DNA from: Candidatus Melainabacteria bacterium 17Bon1m
Lineage (GTDB): Bacteria > Cyanobacteriota > Vampirovibrionia > Obscuribacterales > Obscuribacteraceae
Length of the DNA: 64,000 bases
Assembly (NCBI GenBank): GCA_032128875.1
Contig: JAVLKG010000016.1
Coordinates: 16,329 to 80,328, forward strand
Reading direction: 5' to 3'
In this document: positions 49,231 through 58,285 of the stretch, in pieces
Position numbering within the stretch: the stretch's first letter is position 1
Layout: every line of letters begins with the position of its first letter
Notes under the pieces: generated by a model
Seen by the model: the letters and a program-made list of their open reading frames with translations, nothing else
Told to the model about the DNA's origin: nothing
The model's database searches: none
Position numbers and translations under genes: made by a program

Positions 49231-49761
49231 ATGACTCGCCAACTTTTGCATCGCGCTTTTTCTTTTGCTGCAACTTCCGCAGTTTTGCTTGCACTTACCA
49301 CCGGCTCCCCCGTATTCGCCCAAGCGCAAGGTGACCAATTCGCATCTTCTGGTGACGCCGGCATGATGAGTTCTGATGCGCAAGGAAACACCGGTACGCA
49401 AACACGCCATGAGCAAGACTCCGGCTCCGTAATGCTGCAAGGCGCAACAAACGGAACAATCGGACCGCAAGGCTCGGACGCCACTTACATTACTGGAGTC
49501 AACACCGCAGGTACCGTGCGTGTGAACAACTTGGCCAACTTGGAAGCCTTGCTCAACATCGTCGCCAACGGTATGGAAATTCTCGGTATCGCGTGGGGCG
49601 GACCGACAATGATCTTCGGCTTCATGCACATGGCTGCCGGATCGCAGGATGCGATGAAGAAGGTGATGTTCGGCTGTGCGGGTGTGACCGGTGGATTAGC
49701 CACACCAGGTTGTATCAACTGGCTCGTCGCTTCTGCTCGCGATGCGAATCTGTTTAGCTAA
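49231..49761 (+). CDS. VirB2/TrbC-like pilin, copy 2
   Basis: Same core with a divergent N-terminal mature segment and an extra Cys (FGCAG). Confidence 0.7.
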   Translation: MTRQLLHRAFSFAATSAVLLALTTGSPVFAQAQGDQFASSGDAGMMSSDAQGNTGTQTRHEQDSGSVMLQGATNGTIGPQGSDATYITGVNTAGTVRVNNLANLEALLNIVANGMEILGIAWGGPTMIFGFMHMAAGSQDAMKKVMFGCAGVTGGLATPGCINWLVASARDANLFS

Positions 49762-49800
49762 TTGCCGGCTCACAACGAAACGAAAAAATGTAAAACAGCA

Positions 49801-49828
49801 GAAAGGAGCCGAAAGGCTCCTTTCAATT
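49801..49828 (+). terminator. Terminator of pilin copy 2
   Basis: GAAAGGAGCC-GAAA-GGCTCCTTTC. Confidence 0.8.
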
Positions 49829-49908
49829 ACTCGACTTTAGAGTGTTAACTAGTACCGGCTGATTCTGTTTCGTGCTGTAAGCGGAATGCAATCCTTTTCC
49901 ATACGCGC

Positions 49909-52275
49909 TCAGTCCCGGGCATGGAGCGCTGCTTCATGCTCTATCGTCGAAATAGCGGATGTCCAGGCGGACTCTGTGCCAGGCGCAACATCATTTCGCT
50001 GCAGTGCTGTTCTGATTTTGTTTGCGAAATTCGGATCGCCGAATTCATCGAAAGCCCAATCTTTTGCAAAGCTTGTGATTTCGTTTGGGTCCGTAAGATT
50101 TGCAAGCGCCGACTCGTCTGGCTTCAACAAGCCGAAAGTGGATGATCTGAACTTCCTCAAATCTCCGTTGTACGTGGTTGGTGAGGGATACACCGCGCGT
50201 TCGGATGGTGGCATCTCATTCAAAACCGTGCGCCAAACGTTGGCTGTTTCTTCGGGAATATTGTTGAAACTAATTACGCGTTCAATTTGATCTTGGAAGA
50301 TTGGACCTCTCCAATCATTTGCTATCAGGAAAGCCTCAATCTCATCAGGTTTCGTTAGGCTGACTGCTTTGCTGTAATCTCCAAAGGCAGCTTCGCTCAA
50401 TCTTGAATATTCATCATAGAGTTCTGCTGTTGGCTTACCAGCCTTCAGCTGCTCAAGAAGTTTGGGCAATATGAATTGGTCGATCTTGGTCAAGGCAGGA
50501 TTCGATATAGCTGTTTCGAGGCGAGTTGGTATTTGCGTTTCGAATTCGTCTGCAAGTGCGGCCCAAACTTCTTTTGTTTTCGGGTTAATGACGCCTTTGG
50601 TGATGTAATCTCTAATTTTTTCCGCCATGCGCAGTGGATTGTTTATTTGCTGGTTTGCGTACCGCGCGTATGCCGCGATCTCCGAAGGATCAGACAATGT
50701 TGTGTAAATGAATTCACGTGGGGTCACAAAGGCATTGTCTGCCAAAGATTGAATGCGCGGAAGTGCCTCAAGTCCGGCTTGCCTGATTGCCTCTGGGTCT
50801 GTCGAGAGAAGTGGTGGAAGTCCGTTCTCCGGCATCGAGTTGAGAGCTGTTCGCCAGGCATCCGCGGTTTCTGCCGGAATTTGATTGTTTGCAATTGCTG
50901 TCTCGATTTCATTGCGGAAGTTTGGAGCGGTTTCGCTATTACGAGCGACGAACGCTTTGATTTCGTCAGCTTGCGTGAATCCAAATGCCTTCTCTCTGGT
51001 AGCGTTAGAGGCACTGGCCATACGATCGAAATATGTTGTGATTTCTTCGGCGGTTTTGCCTGCTTTCAGATCGTCGAGCATTTTGGGGAGCACTGTCCGC
51101 TCAAAGTTTGGAAGCGTTCCATCTTGCAGTGAAGACTGCATGGTTTTCAAAGCCTTAGTTTCAAACTCTTTGGCGAGTTCAAGCCAAAGCCCCTTCTGAT
51201 TTGGATTTAAAACATTTCTTTCAGCCATAGACTGAATTTCGAAAACCATCCCCAGCGGATGGCTGCTCTTGTTGTTCATGTCGCGGGCGATTGCGACGAT
51301 GTCTTCCGGATTGTCGAGTGCCGAGTAGAGATACTCATATGCATTCATGTTCGCTTTGTCAGCCATCACCGCAGCGCGTGCCGTTGCTTCCTTTGCCGCT
51401 GCCTCGACGGCGTCAGTGGACATATCGGCTGCGAGGGCCGCCGCACCGTCGGCTGATACTGTTGTTGCACCTTCAGATGCGGTTGCCGCAGTTTTTGCTG
51501 CTACTGTTGCACCTTCCCCTGCGACTGTCGCGCTTTCCGCAGCAGCGGTTTTTGCTGCGATGTTTGCGGATGCTGTGTCGAATGCTTGTTTTACCGCACC
51601 GCCCATCTTGCCGTAGACAAAACCTCCACCAACTACGTCTGCAAAAAGGTTTACACCTCCGGCTCCAACTCCTCTTAGACCCTCATGCGCTTTTGCTACT
51701 TCTTCTGCAGAGTATTTAGATGCATTCCAGACTACTTCGCCATCCTTGATCCATTGAGGCATGTGTTCGGCAAGCGACCAACCTGTAAGACCGATTGCTC
51801 CGGCTGCAAGTCCAACCATTCCTGCGACTGGAAGCCATGCTGGAGCTGTTGCAATAATAGGCGCTGCTGCAATGCCTGCAATGCAAATACCAGCAGTTAT
51901 TGCCGCTCCTACTAGTAAGTGGGTTCCCCAGTCGAGCGGATTGGTGAGCTGCTGAATGCCACCACCTATGATGTCACCAGCAACTCCGAAAAATCCACCG
52001 TCTTGCTGTGGTGTTACTTGCGCTGCTTCTTTTGGCGCAGTGAGGTTGACGCTGCCTGGCTCGGAGCCAAGCGCCATCGCTAATTCTGCAACTTTCTTAT
52101 CTCTGGTTGAATCAACGAATTCTATATTATGTAGATCGGCAGTGTTCTCAGTGCTTGTGTATTTGCCTGCTTCCGATAGCGTTTGCAGGTAATCTTCATG
52201 AAGCTTGTGAGTAGTGCTTGTATCGTCTGTCTGTGCATAATTTGGAGCGAAGCTCTCAACGGGTTGGTAAGCCAT
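49909..52275 (-). CDS. Large hypothetical protein: hydrophobic hairpin, Ala/Thr linker, tandemly duplicated helical domain
   Basis: AAGGAG before ATG 52275; Gly/Ala-rich hydrophobic helices; ~200-aa internal duplication. Confidence 0.8.
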   Translation of the reverse strand: MAYQPVESFAPNYAQTDDTSTTHKLHEDYLQTLSEAGKYTSTENTADLHNIEFVDSTRDKKVAELAMALGSEPGSVNLTAPKEAAQVTPQQDGGFFGVAGDIIGGGIQQLTNPLDWGTHLLVGAAITAGICIAGIAAAPIIATAPAWLPVAGMVGLAAGAIGLTGWSLAEHMPQWIKDGEVVWNASKYSAEEVAKAHEGLRGVGAGGVNLFADVVGGGFVYGKMGGAVKQAFDTASANIAAKTAAAESATVAGEGATVAAKTAATASEGATTVSADGAAALAADMSTDAVEAAAKEATARAAVMADKANMNAYEYLYSALDNPEDIVAIARDMNNKSSHPLGMVFEIQSMAERNVLNPNQKGLWLELAKEFETKALKTMQSSLQDGTLPNFERTVLPKMLDDLKAGKTAEEITTYFDRMASASNATREKAFGFTQADEIKAFVARNSETAPNFRNEIETAIANNQIPAETADAWRTALNSMPENGLPPLLSTDPEAIRQAGLEALPRIQSLADNAFVTPREFIYTTLSDPSEIAAYARYANQQINNPLRMAEKIRDYITKGVINPKTKEVWAALADEFETQIPTRLETAISNPALTKIDQFILPKLLEQLKAGKPTAELYDEYSRLSEAAFGDYSKAVSLTKPDEIEAFLIANDWRGPIFQDQIERVISFNNIPEETANVWRTVLNEMPPSERAVYPSPTTYNGDLRKFRSSTFGLLKPDESALANLTDPNEITSFAKDWAFDEFGDPNFANKIRTALQRNDVAPGTESAWTSAISTIEHEAALHARD

Positions 52276-52745
52276 ACTTCTCCTTAGTAGCCGAAAGCCC
52301 GCCTTCAAGAGGCGTAGTTTGGCTTAGAATCGCAAAGGGGTGGGGCGGGCGCCGATAGCCATTAAAAGGGCTAACGAAGTGAATACTAACTGAGCTGCAT
52401 GACAATCGTTTGACGACGAAAGGTTGTCGGCAGAATTTGAATTTCTCGTCATTTCGACCAAAAATGAACTACGTGATCTACCTAATGAAGGTGATCAAAA
52501 ATGCGCAAAGATCGCTGTGATTTAGAGATTTTTGCGGGGTGGAAACATTGAATTTCGACGGGCTCGCAAGGAAGGCGAAAGGTACCTTTCGCGTGTTTGT
52601 AAAAGGATGCCGCGTGATATGCGGTTGAGAATCCGCATGAATACTGGATGTGATTAGAGCGTGAACAAAACCTTTCAACATTCAACCTTTCGCGAGAGTG
52701 TCAAAACCCGCATGAATAAAGATTTTGTAGGGCTGTCACAATCGC

Positions 52746-52821
52746 TTGACATTGGTTCTGCTTAGGAATACATTGCTAGCACGCTCACTTGGAGCGCCTT
52801 CACATTCAACCTTTACTAATT
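52746..52821 (+). promoter_or_regulatory. Pilin copy 3 promoter + 5'-UTR motif
   Basis: TTGACA-17-TACATT; CGCTC-acttg-GAGCG; TTTACTAATT at 52812. Confidence 0.75.
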
Positions 52822-52846
52822 AGGAATATTACTTGAGGAGGTAACT

Positions 52847-53380
52847 ATGCTTCGCTCCGCATCTCGTCGTCTGGCTACTTTGTGCCTTACTACCGCTTTT
52901 GTTGCAGGTCTCGCCCTCAACCTACCAGCTTTTGCGCAAGCGCAAGGTGATCAATTCCAATCCGCTGGAGATCAAGGTCAGCTGGGCGATCAAGGGCTAG
53001 GTGGTAACACTGGTGCCCAAACGCGTCACGAAATGGACAGCATGTCGCCGACCTTGCAAGGCGCGACAAACGGTACCATCGGACCGCAAGGCTCTGATGC
53101 GACATACATCACCGGCGTTAACACCGCAGGTACAGTGCGCGTAAACAACTTAGCTAACTTAGAAGCACTCCTCAACATCATTGCCAACGGGATGGAAATC
53201 CTCGGCATAGCATGGGGCGGACCTACCATGATCATGGGCTTCATGCACATGGCTGCCGGCACACAACAAGCGATGAAGAAAGTACTCTTCGGCGCTGCCG
53301 GTGTGACAGGCGGTCTCGCAACGCCTGGTTGCATCAACTGGCTCGTTGCATCCGCTCGCGATGCCAACTTGTTCAGCTAG
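52847..53380 (+). CDS. VirB2/TrbC-like pilin, copy 3
   Basis: Same architecture; GAGGAGG RBS. Confidence 0.7.
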   Translation: MLRSASRRLATLCLTTAFVAGLALNLPAFAQAQGDQFQSAGDQGQLGDQGLGGNTGAQTRHEMDSMSPTLQGATNGTIGPQGSDATYITGVNTAGTVRVNNLANLEALLNIIANGMEILGIAWGGPTMIMGFMHMAAGTQQAMKKVLFGAAGVTGGLATPGCINWLVASARDANLFS

Positions 53381-53481
53381 AACAAACTGCAGGGGAGGCA
53401 TATATGCCTCCTGTCAGGGAGCCGCATTCAGCTTCCTTACTTAGAAAGTACAACTCCACGCCAACCATAGTGAATCAGTTA

Positions 53482-53513
53482 GAAGGAGCCGGCCCCCGGC
53501 TCCTTTTATTTTT
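53482..53513 (+). terminator. Terminator of pilin copy 3
   Basis: AAGGAGCCGG-CCC-CCGGCTCCTT-TTATTTTT. Confidence 0.85.
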
Positions 53514-53626
53514 GTCTGCATTTTTTTGTATTGCCGCATTGTATGCGGCGTTTCGTTTTGCCTAGCTAATTCTGATTGTCGTTGTTTCGCTTTTTTGTGG
53601 AAACATCGACCTAGGGTTTTCGCTAA

Positions 53627-53700
53627 TTGACTTTGGGTGGCTCTGAGAATAATCTGCACACAAGCTCACTTTTAGAGCTTTTCGGAAACACTTACTAATT
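53627..53700 (+). promoter_or_regulatory. Pilin copy 4 promoter + 5'-UTR motif
   Basis: TTGACT-17-TAATCT; AAGCTC-actttta-GAGCTT; CTTACTAATT at 53691. Confidence 0.78.
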
Positions 53701-53730
53701 CTTTGAATTCACTCGGAAGGAGGTATTCTC

Positions 53731-54249
53731 ATGTTCCGCAAGCTAACCATGTCCGCCCTCGGACTATCAGTTCTTGCCGCATTCGCGCTCAACGCGCCAG
53801 CTTTCGCACAGGCTTACGGTGATCAATTCTCTTCATCTGGTAGCGAAGGTCAGTATTCATCTCAATATGAAGGAAACACGGGCACTCAAAGTTTGCACTA
53901 CAACGACAGTAACGCACCGACATTGCAAGGCGCTGCGCTTGGCACCATCGGACCACAAGGTGGCGATGCGACTTACATAACCGGCATCAACACTGCTGGT
54001 ACGGTACGTGTAAATAACTTAGCCAACTTAGAGGCACTGCTCAACATCATCGCCAACGGTATGGAGATCCTCGGCATTGCCTGGGGCGGACCAACCATGA
54101 TCATGGGCTTCATGCACATGGCGGCCGGAACACAAGACGCAATGAAGAAAGTTCTCTTCGGTTGCGCCGGTGTCACCGGTGGTCTCGCGACACCCGGTTG
54201 CATCAACTGGCTAGTTGCGTCCGCGCGTGATGCCAACCTGTTCAGCTAG
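53731..54249 (+). CDS. VirB2/TrbC-like pilin, copy 4
   Basis: Most divergent N-terminal segment (Tyr/Ser-rich), extra Cys; AAGGAGGT RBS. Confidence 0.7.
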   Translation: MFRKLTMSALGLSVLAAFALNAPAFAQAYGDQFSSSGSEGQYSSQYEGNTGTQSLHYNDSNAPTLQGAALGTIGPQGGDATYITGINTAGTVRVNNLANLEALLNIIANGMEILGIAWGGPTMIMGFMHMAAGTQDAMKKVLFGCAGVTGGLATPGCINWLVASARDANLFS

Positions 54250-54346
54250 AACGTAATGTAGGGACGACATTTATGCCGCCCACCATGTCGCCTCATGCGA
54301 CCAATAAGTTAGAAAACACATATCAGCCAGCCATAGTGAATCAGTC

Positions 54347-54379
54347 GGAAGGAGCAGAGATGCTCCTTCTGTTTTTATT
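54347..54379 (+). terminator. Terminator of pilin copy 4
   Basis: GGAAGGAGCA-GAGA-TGCTCCTTCT-GTTTTT. Confidence 0.88.
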
Positions 54380-54421
54380 CGTGAGTTAAATCGCATTTGA
54401 GTCGATTGTTTTTGCAATGAC

Positions 54422-55090
54422 CTACATGGTCTTCGTGGTCTTCTTCGCAACGAGATGCCGCGGAAGATTTACCAGTGCATACTTCGACTTCGGCCTCACT
54501 TTGCCTGCGACGAGCTTTGCAGCTTGCTTGTTTGCTTTTTGAGCTGCTCGAATATAATCGTTCGCAATCTTGAACTTTCCGTCATTCGCCGCTTCTACCG
54601 CCTTCTCAAGCCAGTTTCCAGAGCGCTTCATATTCTCCAGAGCCAGCGGCAATTCCGGGTGAACCTGATAGCCTGTCGCGCCCAACAGGAACCAACAGCT
54701 ATCGATACGCGCTGAGTTTTTGATGTTCCAAACTCGCGCTTCATCTTTCCACAGAGCTGTTCTTGTTTCGGACTTTCGTTGTTCTGCATCAGCATCATTT
54801 TGGATAGCCATCACCAATTTCTGCGTGCTATTGATGAAGGTTTGACACGACGCGATCGCGTCTGATACGCCCTCTTTTGTTGGACAACCTTCCCACTCAA
54901 TGCGACTGCATTCTGCTACCTTCTCGACCTCTGTTTTCGGCTTAATTGTGATGGTCCTGATGGGAGTGATTTCCTGCTTCTTGGGTTGCAGCAAATGTGC
55001 ATTAATTGACGCTTCCACGCAACCGATTAGGACGCAGAGAAAACAGTATTGATAGATAAAGCTCTCGGGTTTCCGGAAGTTGATTTTCAT
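54422..55090 (-). CDS. Hypothetical membrane-anchored helical protein
   Basis: ORF with one N-terminal hydrophobic segment; start ATG 55090 chosen. Confidence 0.55.
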   Translation of the reverse strand: MKINFRKPESFIYQYCFLCVLIGCVEASINAHLLQPKKQEITPIRTITIKPKTEVEKVAECSRIEWEGCPTKEGVSDAIASCQTFINSTQKLVMAIQNDADAEQRKSETRTALWKDEARVWNIKNSARIDSCWFLLGATGYQVHPELPLALENMKRSGNWLEKAVEAANDGKFKIANDYIRAAQKANKQAAKLVAGKVRPKSKYALVNLPRHLVAKKTTKTM

Positions 55091-55281
55091 GGATGCACCA
55101 AACCCTCGCCCTCGGAGTTGCCGAAAGGCACTCCTGAAGGCAGCAGACGCACGCACCGCGCCCGGCGATCTGTTGTTGATCGCTCTGCGCGTTGCTATAC
55201 CTTCAATCTAGCATTGCAATGTTTTGTGCTTGTAAAGAGAAGCGCAAGCAGCTATGAAATCAGTGCAAAAAAGTCGGACAA

Positions 55282-55455
55282 CTATTTCTTTGGAAACGCA
55301 AAAACCTTTGGTTTTGTGTCCTTTTGGGACGAGTGTTTATTTACGCACCTGATGCAAATTGCGATTTGGCTTCCTTCCTGTTTCTCGATTACAGGAAATG
55401 GTTTACTTCCAGGGATTGCTAAAACAGGTGAGCAGAAGTAGCATTCGGTTTTCAT
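55282..55455 (-). CDS. Small C4 zinc-finger protein (ClpX zinc-binding-domain-like)
   Basis: MKTECYFC...IAICIRCV, two CxxC pairs. Confidence 0.55.
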   Translation of the reverse strand: MKTECYFCSPVLAIPGSKPFPVIEKQEGSQIAICIRCVNKHSSQKDTKPKVFAFPKK

Positions 55456-55578
55456 AACAATATTGTTGGAACTGGCAAAGCGCATTTTGAACGCTTCAAT
55501 GTGCGTTTCGCAGATAACGGAGGAAACCTTCGGCTGTTTCGCAAAAGACGCACAGATTACTGTTGCTTTTCATGCGCG

Positions 55579-55890
55579 TCATCCTCCGGAAACTTCAGAA
55601 TCAATGACTTCGTAATCGAGACGTATCGCAGCTTGCTTTGCATATTCAAGCTCAACAATTTGATGAACAGTGCGCATATGACCCATCATAAAGAGTTCTT
55701 TGATTATCCGAACATCCGTAAGTTCGAGTTTTCCCGCAAGTTCTTTCACTGTGAGATTTTTTGTGAGCACGATTTTGCGCGGTTCTCCGTCTGGCGCCGC
55801 TCTACCAACGCGAGTTTTTCCACTGGGGCCATTTCCTCCGGAATCAGCCTGCGATGATTGCTTAAAGTGTTTTCGATTTGGCTTGTGCAC
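55579..55890 (-). CDS. Stand-alone translation initiation factor IF-2 N-terminal-like domain protein
   Basis: LTVKELAGKLELTDVRIIKELFMMGHMRTVHQIVELEYAKQAAIRLDYEV matches the IF2_N pattern; AAGGA upstream. Confidence 0.7.
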   Translation of the reverse strand: MHKPNRKHFKQSSQADSGGNGPSGKTRVGRAAPDGEPRKIVLTKNLTVKELAGKLELTDVRIIKELFMMGHMRTVHQIVELEYAKQAAIRLDYEVIDSEVSGG

Positions 55891-56039
55891 CTTAAACCAG
55901 CCTTTTCCTTTTGACGCCTCTAATATCAGTGTCTCATAAGAGGCGAAACATTGGACACTGGAAGGAAACTTGGACTGGAATGGGCATAAAAGCTCTCGTC
56001 GCAGGCACGCCTACAGGCTGATAACGTAAAGCGACGCGG

Positions 56040-57140
56040 ATGGTGTCAATGCCAGAGAAAAATCTGCAAGTATTGCTTTCCTCAATTAAGCCTAGACTGC
56101 GCGACGAGCAGTTTGTATTTTGCAGTGTCCTTGAGCGTGAGTTCAAAAAGCTGACCGTCAGCCCAATTTGTATCTTTCGAGAGGCTGAGGGTGTTTCCCT
56201 CATCGTCGAGAAATCCGATGCTGATTCGGCTTCTTTGAGGTACGACGGCACTTGGTCTTTGATCACTTGTGAGGTAAACTCTGACCTGAATGCCGTCGGC
56301 TTTATTGCGGCAATGTCTAAGATGATTTCTGATGCCGGGATTTCAGTAAACACTGTTTCAGCATTTCACCACGATCATTTATTTGTTCCATCTGATCGTG
56401 TCGAGGAGGTTATGCTCTTGCTTCAGGAACCACCAAAGAAACCCGTTCCAAAACGCGATCCGATCGAAAATATTCGCGAATTGATTCCCCTGATTTTTAG
56501 CGAACATCGTGCGCACAAAGCGTTGGGCTCACTGCTTTCGCAGGGACATGCATTGATCACGTCCAAGTTTGGCGAACCACTTCCGCCGGACATGCGAATC
56601 TTTTACGAACGCTGTTCTGACGTAAAAATCTTCGACCGCTATTCGATCTTGTCTTTGCAGAAAGCAATTGATGTTGATCGGTCGCAACTCCCTAAGAGTT
56701 GGTTTCCGTTTTGTGAATTGCCTTCTGGTAGCTTGATTGCAATTGATCTCAGCGAGCCTAACGGTGTTTATCCCATTATTGATCTCGATTGCGGTGACTT
56801 TGATTACATTGTGATCGCGCTGAGTTTTACTGAGTTTATCGACAAGATACTCGCAAATGGTCAAGATTCAAACTATTGGGTTGATCACAACGAGCAATAT
56901 GGCACAGCGAAAGTTCATTTGAAAAACTCTCAAGTTCGCAAAAAATATGAAGAATATTGGGATTCTCTCGGTCCGGAAAACGGCTCGCAGCGCTGCATGG
57001 CTGATGACTGTGAAAACAAGAACGTGAAACTAAGTGTCTTCTGCCGCCAGCATCAATTTGAACAAGTGCACAAGGTGACCTGCCCTTTCACCAGCGATGC
57101 ACCCGCAGATACGCTTGCTGAGTACGAGTTGAAGGAATAG
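56040..57140 (+). CDS. ACT-domain (DUF2241-like) / SMI1-KNR4 fusion protein
   Basis: FREAEGVSLI...SDLNAVGFIAAMS...SAFHHDHLFVP, then PLPPDMRIFYERC...IALSFTEFIDK. Confidence 0.75.
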   Translation: MVSMPEKNLQVLLSSIKPRLRDEQFVFCSVLEREFKKLTVSPICIFREAEGVSLIVEKSDADSASLRYDGTWSLITCEVNSDLNAVGFIAAMSKMISDAGISVNTVSAFHHDHLFVPSDRVEEVMLLLQEPPKKPVPKRDPIENIRELIPLIFSEHRAHKALGSLLSQGHALITSKFGEPLPPDMRIFYERCSDVKIFDRYSILSLQKAIDVDRSQLPKSWFPFCELPSGSLIAIDLSEPNGVYPIIDLDCGDFDYIVIALSFTEFIDKILANGQDSNYWVDHNEQYGTAKVHLKNSQVRKKYEEYWDSLGPENGSQRCMADDCENKNVKLSVFCRQHQFEQVHKVTCPFTSDAPADTLAEYELKE

Positions 57141-57172
57141 GAAATATTTCTTGTCTGTGTGCAGTCTGTCGC

Positions 57173-57352
57173 CTACTTTTCACGAGCTCTTTCTGCCATT
57201 TCATCAGCCTTGAACTTGAAATACAGCTGCTCTGCGTCAACCTGCTCTTGTCGCGTCGTTATCCAAACTGGAACTGTTAGAAAAAAGCCAATAACTGCAA
57301 GCAGAGCCAAAATCGTGAGTAGCAGTGCGATTCGAATCAGTTTTTCGCGCAT
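57173..57352 (-). CDS. Small single-TM protein (59 aa)
   Basis: Not in the ORF track; MREKLIRIALLLTILALLAVIGFFLTVPVW...AREK*. Confidence 0.5.
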   Translation of the reverse strand: MREKLIRIALLLTILALLAVIGFFLTVPVWITTRQEQVDAEQLYFKFKADEMAERAREK

Positions 57353-57402
57353 ATAGAGATTCCATAACCAACGTCGTTGCTTCTCTTCCAGTGCTATAGC
57401 TA

Positions 57403-57945
57403 TTATGCACTTGCGAACAATTTGCGTCTAAAAGCAAACACAGTCAGTACTATTAAGAGTGGAAAAGCAATCGCTTGAGGAGTTGCATCGTGTGAACTTG
57501 TATGTGCTTTGGGTTTGCTTGCAGGAACTGGTTCCATGCGCAGATTCCTTCCTTGCACTGACATTTCAGAGCTTGAAATTGTATAGAGCATGAAAGCGCC
57601 TGGTTGAATTAACGGATTCAATGGGGGACCGTACAGAGAGCGCGCGCACATTGTATTGTTGCCTTGCGTGAGTTTATCCGAACCCCCCTTTTCTGAGGGG
57701 GTCTCTATGCATTTGTCATCAACTTTAGGTGACTTAATAACTATTGCTGCGAGTCCCTCAGCAAATGAAATTTCATGCGTGCAACCTCGCGACGGATCAG
57801 GTTGCAGTACGAGAACGCTACAGAAAAAGCCCAGTGTGCACGATCGTACAGACGATGAATATTTGGGACAAGTAATGCTTTTTCGAGGCATATTTCTGAT
57901 GTGTTTTTCTGGAAGGTTTGGCTGTAATGCCGAATTTTTAAGCAC
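57403..57945 (-). CDS. Hypothetical protein with C-terminal TM anchor
   Basis: ORF overlapping the upstream gene; ends IAFPLLIVLTVFAFRRK; start uncertain. Confidence 0.5.
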   Translation of the reverse strand: MLKNSALQPNLPEKHIRNMPRKSITCPKYSSSVRSCTLGFFCSVLVLQPDPSRGCTHEISFAEGLAAIVIKSPKVDDKCIETPSEKGGSDKLTQGNNTMCARSLYGPPLNPLIQPGAFMLYTISSSEMSVQGRNLRMEPVPASKPKAHTSSHDATPQAIAFPLLIVLTVFAFRRKLFASA

Positions 57946-58285
57946 ACTTTTGATAGTGTCTTAGTCTTACAAAGAAGAATGGAATCAACCAGATCGTCGC
58001 AAAGAGGATAGCGAAAGTAGACGCATCAATAAAACCATGGCAGGGACGATGTCCAAGATGGACGCGTTTGCGTCCAGTTCCTCTGATTCCCTCCATTCTG
58101 AGGTCACCATCTCTCAGAACGATTAAGACGGTTTCGATTTTTTGCGGCGTTATTGACCGATTGTACTGTTCAACGTATTCCGGGTGCGAGAACCCGGACG
58201 CCAAGCCAAGTCCGAATGAGACAATGGTTGCCACTAAAGTTCCTTGGGACCAGTTATTCATCGGTTGTTTCACAAAATCTTTCAA
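57938..58285 (-). CDS. Small two-TM membrane protein
   Basis: Two hydrophobic segments; 4-bp overlap with the upstream gene. Confidence 0.55.
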   Translation of the reverse strand: MKDFVKQPMNNWSQGTLVATIVSFGLGLASGFSHPEYVEQYNRSITPQKIETVLIVLRDGDLRMEGIRGTGRKRVHLGHRPCHGFIDASTFAILFATIWLIPFFFVRLRHYQKCA

